From: Macrostomum lignano
Taxonomy: Eukaryota
Reading direction: 5' to 3'
DNA length: 64,000 nt
NCBI GenBank assembly: GCA_002269645.1
Contig: NIVC01003832.1
Coordinates: forward strand, 1 to 64,000
Position numbers and translations under genes: made by a program. Under the pieces are notes generated by a model, which was not told the DNA's origin, made no database searches, and was given only the letters and a program-made list of their open reading frames with translations. Below are positions 57,349-64,000 of this stretch, piece after piece; positions within the stretch are counted from its first letter, which is position 1, and each line of letters begins with the position of its first letter.

Positions 57349-60300
57349 TCACATGTAGATCTTCCGCCTCGGGTCCGCGTCATCCTCGGTGCGGTGTCTC
57401 CACTGCGCGTTGGCCGTCCCAAGGATGACTTCCAGTTGCAGGATGCGCAGGTTCAGCTCCTCGAAGTCCTCCTCTACCTGCTCGCTGCCTGCAATTTGGT
57501 AAATAGATGGAGGATATAGTGCATGTATGCATGCAGCTTGTAGGGATTGTTTACCTTCAGCCTGTGCATCTTCGATGGCAGCTGAAGATCAGAAATGGAG
57601 AAGAGGCTACCAGATAATCTGGATGAAACAAGATACATGTAAATCAAGAGGCTACCTGAAAGTCTACCCCAGAGTATCAATGAAGACGCTACCTGAAAGT
57701 CTACTTCAGAATATCAATGAAAAGGCAACCTGAAAGTGTACCCTCGAAGACGAATGAAATGGCTACATGAAATTCTACCCCAGAAGATGAACGAAGCTAC
57801 CTGAAAGTCTAACCCAGGGTAACAATGAAGAGGCTACCTGAAAGTCTACCCAAGAATATCAATGAAGAGGCTACCTTAAAATCTACCCTTAAAAATCAAT
57901 TAAGAGACTACTTAAAAGTCTACCCTTAAAGATCAAGAAAGGACTACCTGAAAACCTACCCGAAGCACTTAAAGATCAATGAAGAGACTTTAAGACTCCC
58001 AAGAAAATGTGAGCTGAGAAAACTACAGCAAGTTTGAAAGTCTACCTGAGTCATCTGTTAGATGATGAATGAGGCTACATAAAAAGTCTATATTTAATAA
58101 ATCTGAAGTGCACCCGAGCCACCAGCAGTGCTCAATGACCACTGCTCACCCTTGCGATAATGATAGTCGGCATCAATGTGGCGCAGGTGGCCGTGCCTGA
58201 CCGAGCAGCCGAGCAGCCAGCGGATGCGGCTGGCAAAGTGCTCAACTAGTTCGTACTTCTCCGGGTCGGCGAGCCAGTTCTGGCGGACGCAGCGTAACGA
58301 GTTGATCATGACGGCAACGAACACGTTCAGCAGGGTGAGGCACACGAACAGCATAAAGGCAAAGAAGAACAGCATGGCCAGGCCGCCTCCGTCTGAGAAC
58401 AGGCTTTTGAACTCCATGCTGTCTGCAGTTGGGGGGTAGGGCAGTAAACTTGATCTAACACAAAAAATAACAGTGATGCTCGTTCGCACTACTAGAGCAG
58501 ATCAGTAGTTAACGCGGCCGACTGCTACGTTAAAGAACCCGGGTTCGATTCCGCACGCAGCCAAAGTAACTTTGGGGTCTAGCCAGGGCCGCTGTACACC
58601 CTGTGAGCGCTGTGTCAGGAAGCTTCTCGAGTCAAGGTGCCCGCAGTTCACGTTTACTTGTAGTAAATGGTGCTTATAATATTTATACAATTGATCATTG
58701 ACAGAGCTTTCCACAGGCAAAGGGGTGAGGTTCTTGTCCTCATAGTCTGGCCCTCTTGTGACTGTTGGCCTAAATTAATGAGCCTTGTTAGTAGCCCCCC
58801 TGAGCTCCATCTGCCAGTGCATGAGCCTCACTAGTAGCCCCCCTGAGCTCCATCTGCCAGTGCATGAGCCTCACTAGTAGCCCCCCCCCCTGAGCCCCAT
58901 CTGCCAGTGAGCCTCACTAGTAGCCCCCCCCCCTGAGCTCCATCTGCCAGTGCATGAGCCTCACTAGTAGCCCCCCCCCTGAGCCCCATCTGCCAGTGAG
59001 CCTCACTAGTAGCCCCCCCTGAGCCCCATCTGCCAGTGAGCCTCACTAGTAGCCCCCCCCTTAAGCCCCATCTGCCAGTGAGCCTCACTAGTAGCCCCCC
59101 CCTGAGCCCCATCTGCCAGTGAGCCTCACTAGTAGCCCCCCCCTGAGCCCCATCTGCCAGTGAGCCTCACTAGTAGCCCCCCCCTGAGCCCCATCTGCCA
59201 GTGAGCCTCACTAGTAGCCCCCCCCCTGAGCCCCATCTGCCAGTGAGCCTCACTAGTAGCCCCCCCCCTGAGCCCCATCTGCCAGTGAGCCTCACTAGTA
59301 GCCCCCCCCCTGAGCCCCATCTGCCAGTGAGCCTCACTAGTAGCCCCCCCCCTGAGCCCCATCTGCCAGTGAGCCTCACTAGTAGCCCCCCCCCCTGAGC
59401 CCCATCTGCCAGTGAGCCTCACTAGTAGCCCCCCCCCCTTAAGCCCCATCTGCCAGTGAGCCTCACTAGTAGCCCCACCCTCAAGCTCCATCTGCCAGTG
59501 AGCCTCACTAGTAGCCAGGATGCTCAGCGCCTCCGCAGCCGCGGTGAAGCTTCGAAACTCCCGAATCGAGCAGGCGAACAGCAGGTGGCCGGCCAGCACG
59601 AACGCTACAAACAGAAGGCCGGCCATCAGGCCGAAAGTAAGCAGCGGCTTAGTCGCGGTTTTCAGCACCTCTAGCAGCAGAACTCCTCGACGGTTGAAGT
59701 TGAGCAGGCGAAGGAACCGAATGGTGAAGAGGAACACAATGATGCCGATGAACACCTGGTTGATCTGCGGGTTCGGAGTTGGCAGTAATCTCAGGTAGAT
59801 ACACCTATCTCCATAAACTCAAGTTGATGTTCTCATGTCTACAAACTCAAGTAGATGCTCTCATATGTCTACAAACTCAAGTAGATGCTCTCATATGTCT
59901 ATAAGCTCAAGTAGATGCTCTCATATGTCTACAAACTCAAGTAGATGCTCTCATATGTCTATAAGCTCAAGTAGATGCTCTCATATGTCTACAAACTCAA
60001 GTAGATGTTCTCATATGTCTATAAACTCAAGTAGATGCTCTCATATGTCTACAAACTCAAGTAGATGCTCTCATATGTCTACAAACTCAAGTAGATGCTC
60101 TCATATCTCTATAAACTCAGGTAGCTCAGGCCAAACTCCGTACCTCATCGTACACAATCAGCCACTGGAAGTCGATAAACTTGTCCGAGTTGGCCTGCAT
60201 GAAGCTGGCCAAAGCCTGCTGCACAGCAATCTTCACCAGGTAGAGAACCACCTCGGCTGTGCAGAACAGCAGCAGGCAGATGTCTAGGCACTTGAACTGG

Positions 60301-63300
60301 TCCTGGTGTCATTTTTGTGAAAGGCATTGTTAATTTGGAACATTTTAGTGAAGTTTTCGAGGTACATATATGGACCTTCACCAAAGCGATGTTTATTTTA
60401 GACTCAACACAAATCTATCCCATCCCCATCTACTCTATCCCATCCCCATCTATCCTATCCTCCTTCCCATCTACTCTATCCCATCCCCATCTACTCTATC
60501 CCATCCCTATCTACTCTATCCCATCCCCATCTACTCTATCCCATCCCCATCTACTCTATCCCATCCCCATCTACTCTATCCTCATTCCCATTTACTCTAT
60601 CCCATCCCCATCTACTCTATCCCATCCCCATCTACTCTATCCCATCCCCATCTACTCTATCCCATCCCCATCTACTCTATCCCATCCCCATCTACTCTAT
60701 CCCATCCCCATCTACTCTATCCCATCCCCATCTACTCTATCCCATCCCCATCTACTCTATCCCATCCCCATCTACTCTATCCCATCCCTATCTACTCTAT
60801 CCCATCCCCATCTACTCTATCCCATCCCCATCTATCCTATCCTCCTTCCCATCTACTCTATCCCATCCCCATCTACTCTATCCCATCCCCATCTACTCTA
60901 TCCCATCCCCATCTACTCTATCCCATCCCCATCTACTCTATCCTCATTCCCATTTACTCTATCCCATCCCCATCTACTCTATCCCATCCCCATCTACTCT
61001 ATCCCATCCCCATCTACTCTATCCCATCCCCATCTACTCTATCCCATCCCCATCTACTCTATCCCATCCCCATCTACTCTATCCCATCCCCATCTACTCT
61101 ATCCATCCCCATCTACTCTATCCCATCCCCATCTACTCTATCCCATCCCTATCTACTCTATCCCATCCCCATCTACTCTATCCCATCCCCATCTACTCTA
61201 TCCCTATCCCTATCTACTCTATCCCATCCCCATCTACTCTATCCCATCCCCATCTACTCTATCCCATCCCCATCTACTCTATCCCATCCCCATCTACTCT
61301 ATCCCATCCCCATCTACTCTATTCCATCCCATACACTATCCAATGTCATACATCTACAAGCAAGCTACCTGAAACCATCCCAGATCCGCAAACTGTATTC
61401 CATACCTGTACAACAGCTTCCAATTTACCTGGAAATAGGCCCACCGCTTCCTCCACAGAGCCCGAGCCTCCCGGACGATGAAGGCGATGACCAGCAGCAG
61501 GCTGGCCAGGTCCAGCAGAGCGTACAGCAGCGCCTCCGGTCCGCTGTAGCGGTCCAGCCGGATGGTGCGGATGCTCGGATTGGCCACGAAGCCGCCGCCC
61601 CTGTAGGCTTCGAACAGCAGGCTGGCGTAGGTGTACAGGTTGCTGGCCGGGTTGTACAGCAGCAGCTCCAGGACGACGCCGCGGCTCAGCCGGTCCAGCC
61701 AGTGCAGCGAGGACAGGTTTTTGATGGCGCCGCTGGCGCTCGAACGAGAGTCGCCAAGGTAAGCTGAGTATCCACCGCCTGAGTAGGTGGCGAGCAGGCC
61801 GGCCAGGGGCACGCCCAGAGAGTCCAGGGCGCTTGTGTAGCTCCACTCTGAGTAGGCCGGCCCGGCTGAGAAAGAAAGAGAATACGCGAGGCTTTTCAAA
61901 ATTTCTGTTTTAAACTAGGTAATTTAGGTAGAAGATACGTATGCCAATATTAATAATATTAATAACTGCAGGAAGGTTGTCTTCTGCGACATCGTCCAAC
62001 AACCAGCGCTGACGACAGCACATGCAAGCGCCAATACTGTACGCAGACACGCACTTATCCACGCTCACACAGTGTATAGCGGCCCTGACATTCTAGTCGT
62101 CAGGCATGTACACTCTCTGTCCCAATTCTGGCCAATTTTCTGCCACATTTTTTTTTAATTTTTACTGCCACAGCTTGGTAGACTCGTACCACCACACTTT
62201 CTCGTTTCGCAGAATTACACTTTAAAGAGCACTAAAAATTGTCGGGTGTCCTAATGGACTTGAGCAGCATCTACCTGATCCGTTTCGAAGCAGCCAGCCT
62301 GGCAGGTAGGCGCGCTCGTCATCGTAAACGAGTTCGTAATCCTCGATGCACGGGGGCACGGAGTCGGCGAATACTCCAGCAACACGGCACGCCGCTTCCG
62401 GCTTCAGGCGCAGCTGGCGAAGCCGCGGCTGCCGAACCAGATAGTCGGCAAAGTCGCCAACCAGATTGCTGGCCAGCATGCCACAGGCCTTGCCGTTGTA
62501 GCACGCCATGGGGTACAGTGCGGGGACGACCGTGTTGTTCAGGTACTGCCAGAAATCCGGCGCGGTTTTCACCTGATCAATCGAATAGATCGCTCCCTTG
62601 GAGAGCCGCGACTCAGCCAGGTGACTGGCTTCGAGCAGCATGCCCTGCAGGCTGGAGTTCTGCAGGTAGGCCCTGCTGTCCGTGTTGGTGTAAGCAGTCA
62701 GGACGAGGATGGTGAGGAAGATCAGGTAGAATATGGCGTCTCTGATCATGGCGTCCAGCTGCTTCTCTCGGAGTCTAAAATGTCGGATTGCAAACGTGCT
62801 CAAGAATCCCATTAAGCTTTTAATTACACTAACCATACTTCAATTCATCCATTCCTTACTGCTTTAACTTTCTAAAACATTATTGGTTTTGTAAATCCGA
62901 TGTACTTTAGAGCCCCCCTTGGTCGCAGGGAGCAGAGTATGCAAAGTGCTACGTGATTCGGCGCCCTCACCTCAGCTTGCGCATCTGCTGAAGCACGTGC
63001 GGCTTCGGAGCTGTCGGCACTGCCAGCGATCTCAGGAACTGCCGCATGGCCTGCAGGTTGGAGGCGTCGCGCAACGGCAGGACCTCGTGAATTTTCGGCA
63101 CGCCGCGTTTTTCCAGCTCCTGCATCATCTCGTCCTCGTCCTCGCTGACCTTCCCGAAGATCAGAGCATAGAACAGGATGACCAAAGCGATCTTGATTGG
63201 CTGCACAAGCAGCACGGACTCCAGCACGGTGACGGCCATCGCGGCCAGCCATTCTGCTGTTTTCTTCTCGCCCAGGACGCCGCCAAACTCCACCATGAGG

Positions 63301-64000
63301 TAGACGCAGGCGGCCACGCTGGCAAAGGACAGCACGTAGCCAACGTAGTGCGACCACCACGGCAGCGGCCACACAGCAGATGCCAGACGACGGCAGCAGC
63401 TGGCCGGCTGTTCCGGCTGTTCCGGCTGCTGCTGGGACTCGGCCAGGTCAACCAACTCCAGCTGCTGCGGAGTGGCCGCCGACTGTCCGGCCGAGAGAGC
63501 TGAAGCCGGCGTCAGCGGCTTGGTTGGATCGGTAGGCGGCGGCGTCACCTCCGGCTGCCAGTAATCGTCTCCGGTGTTGAACTCGCTGTACAAAGCCAGC
63601 AGCAGCTCGCGCCGCAGACTCTGTCGTCTATTCGACGCCTCACGCGCGTCAGCGGCTCCCGGTTTCGAACCGCCCTCGCTTTTGCCAGCGGCATAGTGGC
63701 GGACTCTGCGGTACTTGAACAGTACGATGATTAGCAAGTTAATTGGCAGAATGACCAGCGTGGACACCGTGGCAACGTAGAGGCTGTTCAGCGTGAGCTT
63801 CACGGTGCCGATCTCCACTATTCGCGGACTCTCAACGTGCTTAGTCTGGTCGAAGTACATCATGTTGGCCATCATGGTGCTCATGAGCAGCACCAGGCAG
63901 GCTGTGGCCCGCTGCACTCGGGTGAATCGGCTCCTAGCCGGCCTGGTCACCACCGACAGCCACAGGTGACCGTCGCGCATGCCCACGTGCGCCTTGCTCC
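57349..64000 (-). CDS. Polycystin-1-like (PKD1 family) protein, 3' part, about 930 aa in window. Exons 62971->64000, 62275-62774, 61429-61865, 60144-60302, 59509-59764, 58150-58422, 57349-57488
   Basis: DGHLWLSVVTRPARSRFTRVQRATAC (PKD1-family motif after PLAT), TM segments, polycystin/TOP domain (PRLRQLR, YSGGGY, HWLDRLSRGVVLELLLYNPASNL) and channel helices (YFQ|DQFKCLD; FLRLLNFN; LSILAT|NSMEF). All junction phases are compatible. Gene continues beyond the window. Confidence 0.92.
57595..58090. repeat. Degenerate about 35-bp tandem repeat in the last PKD1-like intron
   Basis: Recurring gaggctacctgaaagtctacccc...atcaatgaa units. Confidence 0.75.
58785..59515. repeat. About 40-45-bp minisatellite whose unit spans the exon/intron boundary of PKD1-like exon 59509-59764
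   Basis: About 17 copies of ctcactagtagc (minus strand gctacta|gtgag), with variable poly-C tracts. Confidence 0.95.
59810..60120. repeat. 30-bp minisatellite, about 10 copies
   Basis: ctcatatgtctacaaactcaagtagatgct units filling a PKD1-like intron. Confidence 0.95.
60415..61340. repeat. 20-bp minisatellite, about 46 copies
   Basis: ccatccccatctactctatc units. Confidence 0.95.

Noticed and set aside
58490-58565. tRNA-like segment (B-box gggttcgattcc, ending gcagcca); similar gttcgatcccc at about 17895
   Set aside because: No complete cloverleaf or acceptor stem could be built; at most a tRNA-derived SINE head.
60317-61767. Long ORFs of 351 and 465 aa, and similar ORFs at 10048-10802, 13853-14853, 27687-28802, 31303-32070 and 47708-48359
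   Set aside because: They are translations of stop-free tandem repeats lying in introns or MITEs, with no domain content.
6091-64000. Idea of a sensory/mechanotransduction gene cluster (GPCR, stomatin, polycystin)
   Set aside because: Only functional association by family name; genes are tens of kb apart with no shared regulatory evidence, so proximity may be chance.

Overview
Eukaryotic (invertebrate-type, intron- and minisatellite-rich) genomic DNA with no prokaryotic features or CRISPR arrays. Four host genes can be reconstructed by hand. (1) An intronless rhodopsin-class GPCR on the minus strand with one frameshift (6091-7178). (2) A 7-exon stomatin/MEC-2 (band 7/SPFH) gene on the minus strand (11301-24181) with a duplicated 56-nt exon that must be mutually exclusive, a GC-AG intron and candidate alternative first exons. 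(3) A 3-exon TMEM45 gene on the plus strand (46204-55396). (4) The 3' part of a polycystin-1-like (PKD1-family) gene on the minus strand (57349 to beyond 64000). The most striking structure lies in TMEM45 intron 1: a 4.17-kb Penelope-like retroelement insertion built as a head-to-head palindrome. It has two 2,066-bp arms, a 10-nt spacer, an uninterrupted RT + GIY-YIG ORF on each arm, a hammerhead ribozyme motif in each arm, and a 14-bp target-site duplication ending 6 nt before the exon 2 splice acceptor. The rest is minisatellites (one amplifies a real splice donor about 16 times), hAT-type MITEs that carry satellites, a tyrosine-recombinase retroelement remnant and a decayed PHD/FLYWCH-like fragment. 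Most ORFs in the supplied track are translations of tandem repeats. All exon calls are from manual reading and family knowledge; no searches were run.
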